A DNA stretch of 64,000 nucleotides, taken from NCBI GenBank assembly GCA_964199315.1, contig OZ116703.1, positions 20,522,001-20,586,000 on the forward strand, written 5' to 3'. Position 1 is the first letter of the stretch, and every line of letters begins with the position of its first letter. Position numbers and translations under genes: made by a program. This document shows, piece after piece, positions 1-13,600 of this stretch. Origin of the DNA: Orbicella franksi (taxonomy: Eukaryota). The notes beneath the pieces were generated by a model that saw only the letters and a list, made by a program, of their open reading frames with translations, ran no database searches and had not been told where the DNA came from.

Positions 1-711
1 CTTTTACAATGTAAATGGCATTTGTCGCTTTTTAATGATATTCCCGCGCACAAGCCTCTATTGCAAGCTAGTTTTAGTCTAATACCGAGAATACGAATAT
101 GGCCTATTCACTGCATGAAAAATGAGTAGCGTTCAATAGACTATAGCGAGCCCCAAATCTACATTTACACTTATAATATGGAGGAAGCAGTCCAAAAAAC
201 AAACCTCTCGGAAAATTCTTTCCAAATTCTCCCTTAATCTCTTAACACATGATTTTGCTTTCTAAAATAAGAAAAAAATGCTTAGTACCGAGCATCGTTA
301 ACGTTGATGTTAACGAAACGCTTCACTCACGTACGTCAATCTGTAGTTGAAGTAACGATATAAGTATAGATGTTGCATAGACTCCAAAGATTCTTCTAAG
401 CTTTCATTTGCTACGAATTGAATAACAGAAGATGGCTGACCTTTCTAAGTAAGACAGTTAAAAGACCGTTTGAAGAAACAACTCAAGAACTTTCTCTTAT
501 AAAAACGTATCGTATAATACCATTCCCATATATGCGATAGTAAATAATCAAATCTCAGTCGCCTAGTAAAACTAGTCTTATGCATCACTAAGAAAGGGTA
601 AAGAACAGTATATAACATCATAATAACTCTTATGAGTCTCTTAGTTTACCCCAAACTAAGAGTGTTATCTCCCTTATCCACTTAGAATATCAACTAGCTG
701 TAAAAGAGTAA

Positions 712-915
712 GTGGACCCCTCAAGGCAAGCGGCATAGAGGAAGGCCAAAGGCCACCTGGCTGAAAACTGTGACCGCAGACCTCAAGAGCTTGGCTTGGT
801 CTGGGCGGAGGCTGAAAAGATCGTCAGGGACCGCGAAAAGTGGAGAACTAAAGTCTTGAAGGCCTTATGTCTCAGTCGCGAAGATGAGAATGAGCGAGTG
901 AGTAAGTGAGTGAGA
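712..915 (+). mobile_element. 3' end of an RTE-clade LINE with a (GAGT)n-like tail
   Basis: WTPQGKRHRGRPKATWLKTV..DL(frameshift)LGLVWAEAEK..RDREKWR...ALC matches the RTE ORF2 C-terminus. Confidence 0.7.
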
Positions 916-1082
916 ACAGCAAACGTACTTGACCATGCAGAGAGGACGCTATTTTGAGTAAAAAAACCAAGAACAATTCCGATCAAGTGATAAGTAACAA
1001 TCTTAGTCACCTTCATGGGTTGCGTCACTTCTTGTCGCGTAAGTAATGCAGCTTCTACATAGACATCATTCAATTTATTTAC

Positions 1083-3988
1083 CTTGAAATCTAAAGTCTT
1101 AAGGAGTACCGCCAGTTGAAAAGCACCTTGAATTTCACCAGTTACTTCAAGAGTACATGTCTTGAGCATTATCGCTTCAAAAATTCCCTCTTGGAAGCCT
1201 ATCGCTGTACTGATATTCAAAGCTGTAGACATTACAGCAAAGAAGAGAACAAGAACAAAACAACAACGATTATCAATTTTGACTGATAACAATTACAATA
1301 ACGTCAAACAGAATTAATGTATGTTATTTAGACCAAGAAACATTGTTTAGAATAGTATTGATAAAGATTTGTTACATACAATACATAGCAGCTAGTGGCA
1401 AAATAATTCGAGGAAGCTGTATATTGTTTTTCTTTGTTTCATTAAAATTGAAAATGAAACTCATTACAGTTTTGTTGGCGAACAAAACTTACTAATTAAG
1501 TTATTTTCATTTATAACAGCAGATTTTTGCCACCAGTGAAAATTAGAAAAAGCGAGAAAATACAGTCAAGAATTGCCAAACACACACATTGGTTAGTACA
1601 TGTACAAATTTCAATACACTATATCTTGAAACCTAACGTTTAAGTATTGGATCGGCATTTGGCGCACATTTATAGATTAAATTAGATTGATAAGATAATG
1701 TAAAAAAGAGCCTTTTTAAAAATTTCCTAGTCTTTCTTAACATATAAATTGAATAGAATGTAGAGCATTAATAGTTAAACACTGAATACACCGACCTTTC
1801 GTACAGTCTCGTACGGATTGGTCAAGATAACCCTGTGTGAATGAGGCAAACAAAAGAAGTTCACAATCTTTTATGCATTATTTAGAAAAATACTGGGCTG
1901 CAACAACCTTTTCTTTTACTGAATCATGGATAAGAACGAGGGAACATGGTATTCTTTATGTAAGCATAAAGAATATATAAAAGAAGTTACCATATACCAC
2001 TTTGTACCCTTAACGGTTCACATAATAATAGTATGTGTTGCATCTTTGTGTTTTGAGTCAAGCAAGACTTCACAGATTTCACTTCCTTTAATTTTGACTG
2101 ATGAAAACGTTTTTGCAGGGAAACTCATCGTGCATACACTTTGTAATGGCGCTAGGGATGATAGACTAGATCTTGTTTTTTAGGGAACCCTTTAAATCGC
2201 AATAGGGATCATTGCTACAATCCAGTTTCTTCTTACAACATAGTTCATACATTACCGAGTGATGACATTAATAAGTAAAATTAAAAAGAACAGTCCTAAG
2301 AGAATACGCGCGCTGATTGGTTAAAAATCGTATTTCTATAACTCGATAGAAACACAGAACTAGCACGAGCTCTTGACGTAATGATGGCGCGAACAAAGAG
2401 AATTTACATTTTGATAATCAAACTTAACAAGTTGTCTTCCTTTTTTTCGTCACGGTGCTTTCTAAAAGAAATAGAAAACATGTTTTCCGTGTTTCTATCA
2501 AGTTATAGAAACACAGTGTAGTATAAGTATCACTTTATAAGTAGTATAGGTTAAGTAGTGTGTTGTAATTTGTTGTGCATGAAACAAATAGATTAAATTA
2601 TAATAATAATAATAAAAATAAATATATAAAGCTATCCATTTTGCGTTAAAAAAAAGGGTTATAGAAACACTCGTGAAAGTTTGGGAGAACTCGAAAAAGC
2701 TGTGGAAACACTCGCCTGCCGCTCGTGTTCTCACAGCATTTCTCATTCTACCAAGTTCCACTCATGTTTCTATAACTTGATAGAAACACGGTACATGTTT
2801 TCTATTTCTTACACGAAAAATGAAAACGAAATATCCTTGAAGAACTATTTCCCCTAAGCAACCAGGAACGAAAATAGACTTAATAAAGGCATTAACCTTA
2901 TTATTTTGTTTACTTAAGATCTATGGCTAACTGATATACCACCACAAATGTAAAGGGTCAGAGTCTTACCGGGAGAAAAAAGAAACACTGTGCTCTCCTA
3001 AGTAAAGCTTTAACTCTCAATTCAGCATGAAGAGGCGACGTAGAGATGTGCTCCAATATGTTCAGAGCTATGCTGAAATATTGTATGGCACCACCAAGGT
3101 TTCCATCATGAAATTCTGATTCTCCTTGTAGAAAAAAAGGCAAACCTGGATTCTATGAAAACCAAGAGAAAATAAAATCAGTGAAGGGTAATGGCCATAC
3201 ATATTTTACAAGTTTTTGGCATGATTGCGAGTAGATTGTAGGTTTACATCAATTGGAGAGGACATCTTCTCCTTACTCGGCAGTGTTTGTTAGAGACTTA
3301 TTGGCTAACTGGTGCAAAGACTTACCACTACAACAATTTGGCCCACTTCATCCTGACTTCGAGACCTAAAGTAGTAAATATACATGAAGAAAAACAAAAT
3401 AAAAAAAAACCTAGCCATAATGCAACCAAGCACACAAACAAACTTAACGTATGGTGCTTGCTTCTTGAATAGAATATTAAGGGCACTAAAATTGTGTTCC
3501 AGGATTTAAAACCAAAGATGCATCTGGTGAATTCAGCCCTTGAAGTGTGTAGATGCTTTGAACATGAAATTAATTAGATATATATCTGGCAGATTTAAGT
3601 TTCGTTAACGTTTTCGTCAAGCATTTGTATTTAATTTGTTATAGTTTGCATTTGTTGTCATTTCTATGGTGTTAAAAAAATACATCTAGTTACGGCATTA
3701 AAGGTGACGTTACAAAAAAACGTTTCATACACAGCCACATAGAGTACTATCTATCATTATGGTTTAACTTGTTTATGCAGCCTGGTCTGCTGAGCAACCC
3801 ATTACCAACTCGCCATCAATTATCCATTGCCATCAAATATAAGAAGCTAAAACGATTTCAGAACTTAATGATACCTAGCATCGGTGGGAAGTGTCTTAGC
3901 AACAAAACAAATTGATCATGAAACAATTACAAGCTTACCTTGCTCTTCTCGGTGAGACGACCTTATGCCGCCGCTTACCGTGAGGCAT
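1083..3988 (-). CDS. 5' part of a second TPR-containing gene, paralogous to the N-terminus of the HELZ2-like gene; exons 3939-3988, 3326-3365, 2970-3152, 1796-1832, 1083-1222; probably continues leftwards
   Basis: ATG at 3986-3988 and five phase-compatible GT-AG exons: MPHGKRRHK...GAIQYFSIALNIL...ALLRRAQCFFFLP|GYLDQSVRDCTK|ALNI...LEVTGEIQGAFQLAVLLKTLDFK. Same 37-nt exon and phases as TPR cassette A. Confidence 0.75.
2290..2812. mobile_element. Non-autonomous dispersed repeat with internal inverted arms, carrying a 143-bp AT-rich insertion
   Basis: gaaatagaaaacatg..ccgtgtttctatcaagttatagaaac (about 2468-2512) is inverted at about 2766-2810. Confidence 0.6.
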
Positions 3989-6900
3989 GGTGCTGAACCA
4001 CGCAAATTACCAAGAAACTCTATGGTGAGACATCGCACTAATAGAAAAGTTTGTTAAAGTCAAAACGTGGGATAAGCTTGCCCTTAGTTTAATATTCGAG
4101 CCAAAGGCTCATGCAGTAAACACTTGACTATATATACGAGAGAAATACAAAGGAACTGACTGAAGTAAATATAATTTAAATATGACTTATACTATACTTA
4201 TTGCATGACTAAAACGTTGGTATTCTCAACGCTCAAATTAAATTCATGGTAAGGTTTCAATTTTGAGATAAAAATAAAGAAATAAGACATAAATAAATTT
4301 CTTGGAGCTTTGATTAATTTCTGTCAAGTTCGTATATGTACAAGTCATTTAACTATTTCAGTTGGAACAGTCATAAATTGTGGTAACACATGGCGAATTA
4401 GGAAATTAATGCAGCTTTTCGTTTGACAAAATAATCGATGCCTCAGATGCAAAGACCTTTGGATTTAGAGGAATTGTTGGCTAGTCCTGCCGTGAACCAT
4501 GTCATTACGTTAAATACAGACTACAAGCCGCTCCTCTTCCTCTTTTTATTTGTCCGTCGAATAATTGTAAAGATGACTTGATTGAAAGAGTGGGAATAGC
4601 ACTTTTGGACTAGCTAGTCTACGACTTATAGCCACCCTCTCAGTCAACCATTAAATGTCATTTTCATTACGTCGTACCCTAGAACTATCATCGTGACTCG
4701 ATCTCAAAGTTTGCCAAAAGTTTGATGACGATCCTCTTAAGACATTTCAGTAATAATAAGACCATATGGGCGAAATGTTAACCAGGATAGTGATACAGTC
4801 GTTAGCTGTCATCCTAATGTACCATACGTTTCCTCTTACAATCATTCAAGCAAATATTTTATTGGAAATAAACAAATTGCGGTCTCAAATTTTGTTAAAA
4901 AAGATGGATGTTTCTCATGTTCTGCTATGGAGTTTTTTAAACACGCATGATTGTCATTGGACGAGTGAGTGTGTTCTATGACTCTATAATAATTCATTTT
5001 GATTTCCTTCTTCGACACAGCGATCGTGCGGGGATCAAGATTTCTTTCAAACCTGCAGACAGTTTATTTCAAATAAAAACCTCATAATATTATCTCATTG
5101 GATCGGTACTCATTCAAAATGTAGCAAATATAATATCTCTAAGACATGAACCAATATTGCATTTCGTTGATCACTGGAAGTTTTCCCTCCAGAAATGTTA
5201 AGCCGTTCAGTTATACGCTAAACTTTTTTTTTAATCACCATATTGAACTTTTGTTATTATAATATGGACGAATATCGATATCAGATTCATTAATAGCAAT
5301 CTCATGAAACTGATTGCTGGCTTAGCCAGCTGCTGTCGTCTAAATCAAAACAGCGATTATTTAAAGAAAACGATTAATGCTTGAACAAGTGAACGTACTA
5401 TTGTGTCGAGCGTTTGTCTCGTTAAAAGACGCCTACATAATTAGGACATATCGATGCACATGTCGATGCCTGTTCCTCATCTGGAAGTACTCCGCTCGGA
5501 CTTGTAGGTCTTGATATACTGCACATTGGTAAAATTATCGTGAAGGTTTTTTCATTTTTTGTCAAAGACGTTAATGGCTATTCCCACACGAGAATCTTCT
5601 GGCATCATCACCTTACACTAACTTTAAATTACAATTTAAAGGCATCATTTCCTCATAGACGTCACTGTATCTCTCGTATTCGAAATTCGTCTCAAGTCAT
5701 CGTTTGTTCGTACTTTCTAAAGGACATACATGTAGTTAGAAACGATCGATTGCATCGGTTAATCAAGATTTTGCTGGCGACTATATTTATTATGACGACA
5801 TAAAAATATCTTTGTATTGACCGATCCTCAACCAAAATTCAATTAACAAAACTTCAATCATCTTTGCGCTGCCAAACTCACCTGAAATCCACAAGAAATT
5901 TCACTGATCTTTGCAAAAATAATGTTGGGTATATTTTTTAGTTCTCCGTATTCAGATCGTTTGCCGGAAAATACGAAATATTTTCCCTTTAAATGAAATT
6001 GAAAGTGTTATTTTCTCGGAAAACTGGCACTGATTGGCATGAATTTTGTTTTGCTGTACCGCTGACTAGGAAACGCACCTGCTCGTGAACACGTTATTGA
6101 GTTTGACCTAAAGTGAAGGACTGGAACTAACCGAAGCAGCAAAACGGAATACGGAAAAAAGAAAAATTTCGGGAAGAAATAAAAGAAAAAACTCTTTATG
6201 CCCTAGAGAAAATCGTAGCATATTGTATTAAATAATTTATGCACAACCGTCAGGTTTCTCGGAATTAGGCGAATAAAAATTACAAACATTTTAACATTTC
6301 TCGGAAAAGCCATGGGATACCCAGAATCACAACACGAATATCAATCATTATTATGACTGGGACGAGCCCAGTCAGACCACATAACAAAAGAAACAAACAA
6401 GCTTTTCTTCTGCTGATAATTAGGTCATATATTTATATTTTTTCATTTTTATTAGTATCTACAATACGTGTCACGGAATCACCCGTTAGGATCGTCATTT
6501 CCTGCTTGCTGGTTCCACGAAAATGTCCTAAATATTGTACCTTACACTTTCAGTAAACGTCAGATTTCTCGGAATTCACATAACAATGTTAAAACGAAAG
6601 CTTTCAGCATTTCCTGGAAGAGCCACAGGATACTCAGAATAATAAACATGCTACGTCATAATAGGACTAGAAATATCAGGAACTTGAACCTGACCTTTAT
6701 CCGTACATTAGCCATCATCATCTGGACTCGTGAAAGGGAAAAACAAAACGTACCCTTTCCTACCGCTGCAAATTAGGAGTTTCTCATCCACCGGATTATC
6801 AGTTCCAGTTTTATCAGTTTCAAAAGTGACAAGCATCCCCGACCTTTTCATATGGGAGTCTGCACCTCCCCCCCACCCCCCCCCCCTCCAACCCTCCAGG

Positions 6901-7952
6901 GAAATTATCGTCCGTCAGCTTTCTGAAAATCGGCTGGATAAAATCAGAGGTCCTGTCCACACGTCCACGTTTACGCCCGTAGAGCGACATTTCCTCGCCT
7001 TTCGCCCACCCGTAAAATACATAAAGGCATAAGTTAAGGCGAGGGTTTCACGGTTCGGCGCATGTCTCTAAATCAAAATATTTTTGTTCGCTTCTTATCA
7101 ATGTTATCGCTTTAAAACCCTACTCAAATGTAGTTCAGTAACCACATGCTATAGTTAGTCGTGGCAAAATGACGGATAACCAAAATTCCCAGACGATTTC
7201 AATGGATTCTACCGACGCTGTCGACCGTTGAATTCAGTTTTGACCCATACGATATATTCTACGGTTGATGATTTTACGGTTATTTGCATTCGAAATTAGG
7301 AAAATTGCTTACGATTGGTTCATAAACAATGGAAAGCTGAGCCTGTGCCAAAAAGCGTGCTCGGGCGAATAAATAATACAGACGTGAAACCCTCCCTTCA
7401 AAGCGAGCTCTCCAAATTGAATCAATTCGTGGACGGAGAACCATCCTGGTTTACTTATTCCCGTGTGGACGGGATAAACAGATACACATGTTAACGATGC
7501 TGTCACGTGCAGTAATTTACGTATGCTTTACGCAGAAGCTCTAGTTTAATAGATATTTCGTTTGTACGTATCCGTTTATCGTTTCCGTGTGGGCATGCGT
7601 TTACGCAGAGTAAACCATATGGAAACGATCGCCGGACTCTTGCGAACAGAAATTATTCATATTCGCCTACAGACGTTACGTACAAATACGTGGACAGCCT
7701 AAGGGCAACATTTCTAGGAAATGCCAGAGTTATCACAAAGGGATACTACCGTAGCTATGGCAATCTTACCACGAATTCTTTGACGTGGTGATTTTATAAG
7801 TTATCCGCTGTACGTAAGTCACAAGATCGCTACCAATGAACCTCACTGTAGCTTCACATTTAGAAGAATTGAATTTTAACATCATCGTCAATATCCCTAA
7901 TGCCTTGCAATAGCTTCATAAATGGTACTGTTTGAACAAACGGGTGGTAAAT

Positions 7953-8465
7953 GAGGGTGGTAAAGGGTATTTTCGTGATTCGTGAATGGCCTAATTTTTC
8001 CCCGTGAAATGTGGAATGGCTGGTTTTTTTTTGTTTTATATTTCTCGTGAATCGTGATTTCATTAGATGCCGTGAACCGTGATTTTCCAAAATAATTCTC
8101 CGTGAAATGAGAAAGAAGTATTCAATTCGTCGCGAACAGTGATTTTGCATTGGTTGTGTCTTCCATTGCTTTCGACCGTAATTGCGTGACCGTGACAGCA
8201 CAATCATCGCTCTTCGTGCACTTGCTCGGATTTCATTCTTTTTGGTGCGCGCAGAACTAGAAGCGGACGGATGAAAAAGACATCTAACAAGGCTGCACTT
8301 TGGGCGTAACTTTTCAAATATCAAAAGTTACATAAGTTCGGGTCAAAAAATGCCATTTTTTCGTGAAACGTGAAGTGCCGATTTTATTTCCCGTGAATTG
8401 TGAAAGGACCAATGTATTTTCCGTAAAACGTGATCTTGACCTCTCCTCCCCCCTTTACCACCCTC
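7953..8465. mobile_element. MITE with 15-bp TIRs
   Basis: gagggtggtaaaggg / ccctttaccaccctc; many internal (t/c)cgtga repeats. Confidence 0.8.
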
Positions 8466-9403
8466 GTAAATAATATTTTTCGATGACTTAATTGAAACGC
8501 AAATATTAATTATGATTAGTAGTAATCACCTTGAAAGAGTGAAAATTCCAACTGGTCCACTTCCATATTCTTCCCCACGAATGTAGACGAACTGGCCGTA
8601 ATTCCAACCGCCAAACATTGTATCACAACCTTCTCTCACGGGGGCTTTCGGGAAAACTTCTCCAGAAGATTGCGAGACGTAACATTATTAGTCAGTTTTA
8701 TTTGCGAATTTATTAAAAACTGTAGTGTTTCCTCAGAATAATTAATAAGTAGTTATTATTATACCGTGCTATTAGGTTGTTTTCGAATCTTATGAATGGA
8801 TGGAACGAATTGACAAACCTACACTTGAATAAAAAGAGATTTTATTTCCCAAGTTCCCACGTTTTCAGATTTTTAAAATTTAAGACTGTTAATATCTCCT
8901 AAAGTATACATTTGGGGCACACATCACTTCACGGTTACGTAAGGTCACGTAAGTTATCTAGATATCAATGTAATTATAACTTACAAATATACATATTGAT
9001 GTTGGATGCGTGCACATCCTAAATTTATAAATTAACCCTGAAAAGTCTAGTTATGATGTTTACTCTCATAAGTGTCTATAAAAGGGTTGTTTTCGGGCTA
9101 AGCCTATAGGATTAAAAGCATAAAATTAAAACTTTAAAAATATTTGCGTGTAAGTTAATTGTATCTAGATAACATTAATATTTACAAATATACATATTGA
9201 TGTTAGTTGCCAATTCAGTACAGGCTAAGATTTATATCTCTTTTAATAGCCTTTGGAAAGCCTTGTTATATTATCTACACTGATAAGTGTCTATAAAAGG
9301 TTTTTTCTCGTGTGAGGGGTTTTTTCTTCAGGTTAAAACTATAGGATTAAAAACATAAACTTTAACCATTTGCATGTTCTCGCTTCACACTTGTTTTTTC
9401 CTT

Positions 9404-10141
9404 GAGGGGTGGCGAATGGTAAATGCGAGACTTTGCGAGACAGGCGTTTTTACTTTGCGAGCCCGAGACATTTTGACCTTTTAGATTGCGAGACCGAGAC
9501 TTCAAAGTGTTTTGAGTGCAAGCGCGAGACGTTCAGGCTCTAGCCTGCAGAACGGGCGGATTAGCGGGCACTCACCGGGGCGCTTATATGCACCCGGCCT
9601 TTTTCCGCCCTACTCTCACGCTTCGCGCGCGCACTCGTGTATCGCGCTAGAATCCGCTAATCCGCCTGTTCTGCAGACTATTCAGACTCTTAAAATTCGA
9701 GCCCCAGATTTAGTTGAGAGCTAGAATGAGCTTGTACAGCCTCAAGCCAGCTTCTTGGAACTGACTGGAACTGGAAATACGATTATAACACACTACGTTA
9801 TGATATCCTAGAGAAAAATAACTGTTTTTCTGGCGCCAAAACGGACGTTGCGGTAGGTTTTGTACCTTTTTATGGAATTAAGACAATAAGGAGAAGTTAG
9901 GATTAACTTTTTCCCGGAAAATTTTTAAGTTGCTTCATTGAAATTCCATATCAAGTAAAGAGAAGACGTCATTTATAAAAACAGATAAAGGAACAAATTG
10001 GGACTTCCAGACCCTTAACCTTGCGAAAAATCGAGACTGCGAGACGCACATAACCGCTAAAAGACGAGACTGCGAAACCCGTGAAATTCGACTAAAATTT
10101 TACGAGACCCAGAGCTTTTGAAGGACCATTCGCCACCCCTC
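9404..10141. mobile_element. MITE with 17-bp TIRs containing a nested MITE (9541-9680)
   Basis: Outer gaggggtggcgaatggt / accattcgccacccctc; inner tagcctgcagaac..gcggattagcgg / ccgctaatccgcc..gttctgcagacta. Confidence 0.85.
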
Positions 10142-10578
10142 TTGAGTGAACAGTAACATTTATAACCGTGCACTCAATAGGTCCCTTTCGACATATTAGA
10201 AGTCAGATAGTAAGGCCTATTGGACATAAACAAAGAAATGAATAAACATGTCATTCAATTCCCTTCGTCTGTGTCCTTCAGGCCTCACTACCAAGCTGAA
10301 TTTTAATATATCGAAAACACTCTATTAGAATCGTGTCCTAATCCCAGCAAGTCATGCGAGCTAGCTGTAAAGGACTGAGTAGGACGTTGATCGAGTTAGC
10401 AGCGTGGGCTTCTAAGAAATGATTTAATCCTCGCTCAGGTTTGTTCCCTGGCCACGCCAAAAGCAACTGCTCTGCAGGTTACATACAGAGCCAATTTCAA
10501 TAATATCAAAGTGTGCTGTCTAATTATTAACAATTAGATTGTGAACTCGAGATTGCTATTAGGTCGTGTAATAGGTAG

Positions 10579-10682
10579 TTAAATCCAAGGCCAGTCTGCA
10601 CCTTCTACAAAACATGCTTTCTTTTTGTAATGATCGATAAGGTAACTCCACATTTCACAAACCTTAAGCAAATTCTTGTTAC
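10579..10682 (-). CDS. HELZ2-like exon 33 (terminal)
   Basis: ttacag|GNKNLLKVCEMWSYLIDHY...WI*. Confidence 0.92.
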
Positions 10683-13600
10683 CTGTAATAGAGAAAACAA
10701 CAAAAAAATTATAATCATTATGGGATTCACAAGAAAGACGGGGTTTTTCACTTAGTGTAGAGAATAAGCTGGAGTGTAGAGAATACATTATAAGGATATC
10801 GCCGATCTATATTACAAACAAACACTTACAGGTTCGAACTTATCTTACCGATGATAACAAGTCCTCGTTTCGCTCTGGTCAGAGCAACATTGATTTGATG
10901 CTCATCGGTTACAAATCCCAGGTTCTCTCCTAGCCATCCACCGTCAGGCTCGTGGTTTATCTGGGAGTCTGGTAACGACCGGACCAAGGATATGATCACA
11001 AAATCGAATTCACTGCCTACGGGGAAAATGATTCAAATGGTCACCAGTTTCCAGTGAAAATATGTGCAAGGAATTTCGAGTCTGACTCCATAACCAGAAG
11101 GGCATCGCCGAGTTGTTGTCGCTGTTTTCTTTTCTTTTCTTTTTTTTTTTTTAATAGCAATTAAACAATGCATAACTACTACAAGATACTGAGGCTACAC
11201 AGAGAGTGGGAGCTACGCACCTACATACAAGGCTAAAAATACACAAAACATTATCACCGAAAGAAAGGAAAAATAAGCTAAACGCTAGCAAATTAAAGCA
11301 AACTAGAAGATCTGTTAGATCTTGTAACCGCGCTTTTAAAATTTAACTGTTTTCTTAGCACTACAGTCGCAACGCAGTGTACATTCCAAAGCAATCCTTG
11401 ATGATTCATTGATTACTGTAGACACCACATTGCTTGATCAACACAAACTGCATTATTGCACCATCAGTCGTAACCGGTGTGAAATCTCCGATGACGTAAT
11501 AGTCTTAATCTGGAACTTTCTTCGGAATACGTATGGGCATGAAGATACGAACACTATTAACAACAGCTTTCTTTCTCAAAAGTCACGATTAAATTAAATT
11601 GTTTTTTCCCTTGAGTTAAGGGCCAGCAAAGAAGTCACACAAGTCACATAATTCAAGAATTGCGTTATCCACGGCTATCTTCAGTACGGTGGTTATTTCC
11701 CTACCAATGACGTAATCCTTGCACGTTCTGACAAGTTCGTTGCTTGGCTTGCAAATATTTAATTTTCCTTCCGATCTATGAACTCACTGCGATGAAACAG
11801 CCAAAGAATTTACTTCATTTGCCTAAAACCACAAGAAATACTCGCAAAATTACAAATAAATTAATGAACGTCGCTTCTGGCGAAATAAACTTGCAAAGTA
11901 AACACGATCTTATTTGTCACGTAGCGAAAGTGAAAGCTGCAACGTCAACTTATTCCATGGCTGACGTAATACCTTTTTTTTAGCGTATTTATTATTCCCT
12001 TTAAATCCAACGCTTTGATAAAACGAAAAGAAAATATATTTTATTCACAAAAAAGAAAACAATATCCGTAAAATTGTCCGTGTATTTATGTTTTAACAGC
12101 TTCTGCCGCAAAAACATCACACGTTGCGTGACGAGCGGAGGTCTGCGTCTGGTCACCGACAAAAAAAAAAACAAGAAGATCTGTTAGATCTTATAACCGC
12201 GCTTTTAAAATTTAACTGTTTTCTTAGCACTACAGTCGCAACGCAGTGTACATTCCAAAGCAATCCTTGATGATTCATTGATTACTGTAGACACCACATT
12301 ACTTGATCAACACAAACTGTATTATTGCACCATCAGTCGTAACCGGTGTGAAATCTCCGATGAGGTAATAGTCTTAATCTGGAACTTTCTTCGGGATACG
12401 TATGGGCATGAAGATACGAACACTATTAACAACAGCTTTCTTTCTTAAAAATCACGATTAAATTAAATTGTTTTTTCCCTTGAGTAAAGGGCTAGCAAAG
12501 AAGTCACACAAGTCACATAATTCAAGAATTGCGTTATCCACGGCTATCTTCAGTACGGTGGTTATTTCCCTACCGATGACGTAATCCTTGCACGTTCTGA
12601 CAAGTTCGTTGCTTGGCTTGCAAATATTTAATTTTTCTTCCGATCTATGAACTTGCTGCGATGAGACAGCCAAAGAATTTACTTCATTTGCCTAAAACCA
12701 CAAGAAATACTCGCAAAATTACAAATAAATTAATGAACGTCGCTTCTGGCGAAATAAACTTGCAAAGTAAACACGATCTTATTTGTCACGTAGCGAAAGT
12801 GAAAGCTGCAACGTCGACGCATTCCATGGCTGACGTAATACCTTTTTTTAGCGTATTTATTATTCCCTTTAAATCCAACGCTTTGATAAAACGAAAAGAA
12901 AAAATATTTTTTCCACAAAAAAGAAAACAATATCCGTAAAATTGTCCGTGTATTTATGTTTTAACAGCTTCTGCCGCAAAAACATCACACGTTGCGCGAC
13001 TCAAAATTTGGCCGAGCGGAGGTCTGCGTCTGGTCACCGACAAAAACACACAAGAAGATCTGTTAGATCTTATAACCGCGCTTTTAAAATTTAACTGTTT
13101 TCTTAGTACTACAGTCGCAACGCAGTGCATATTCCAAAGCAATCTCTGATGATTCATTGATTACTGTAGACATCACAGCACTTGATCAACACAAACTCTA
13201 TTATCGCACCATCAGTCGTAGCCGTTGTGACATCTCCGATGACGTAATAGTCTTAATCTGGAACTTTCTTCGGGATATGTACGTGCATGAAGATACGAAC
13301 ACTATTACAAACCGCTTTCTTTCTTTAAAGTCACGATTAAATTTAATTGTTTTTTTCCCTTGAGTTAAGGGTTAGCAAAGAAGTCACACAAGTCACATAA
13401 TTCAAGAATTGCGTTATCCACGGCTATCTTTAGTACGGTGGTTATTTCCCTATCAATGACGTAATCTTTGCACGTTCTGACAAGTTCTTTGCTTGGCTTG
13501 CAAATATTTAATTTTCCTTCCGATCTGTGAACTCGCTGCGATGACACAGCCAAAGGATTTACTTCATTTGCCTAAAACCGCAAGAAATACTGGGAAAATT

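Noticed and set aside
783-1292. 169-aa minus-strand ORF as a stand-alone gene
   Set aside because: Only 1083-1222 is a spliced exon; the rest is intron and the antisense of a LINE fragment.
1991-2097. Candidate extra exon of the left gene (SKLKEVK...)
   Set aside because: Ends in phase 2 and would interrupt the TPR; the 37-nt exon at 1796-1832 joins the flanking exons directly.
7860-8324. 154-aa ORF
   Set aside because: Mostly inside a MITE, with no protein motif.
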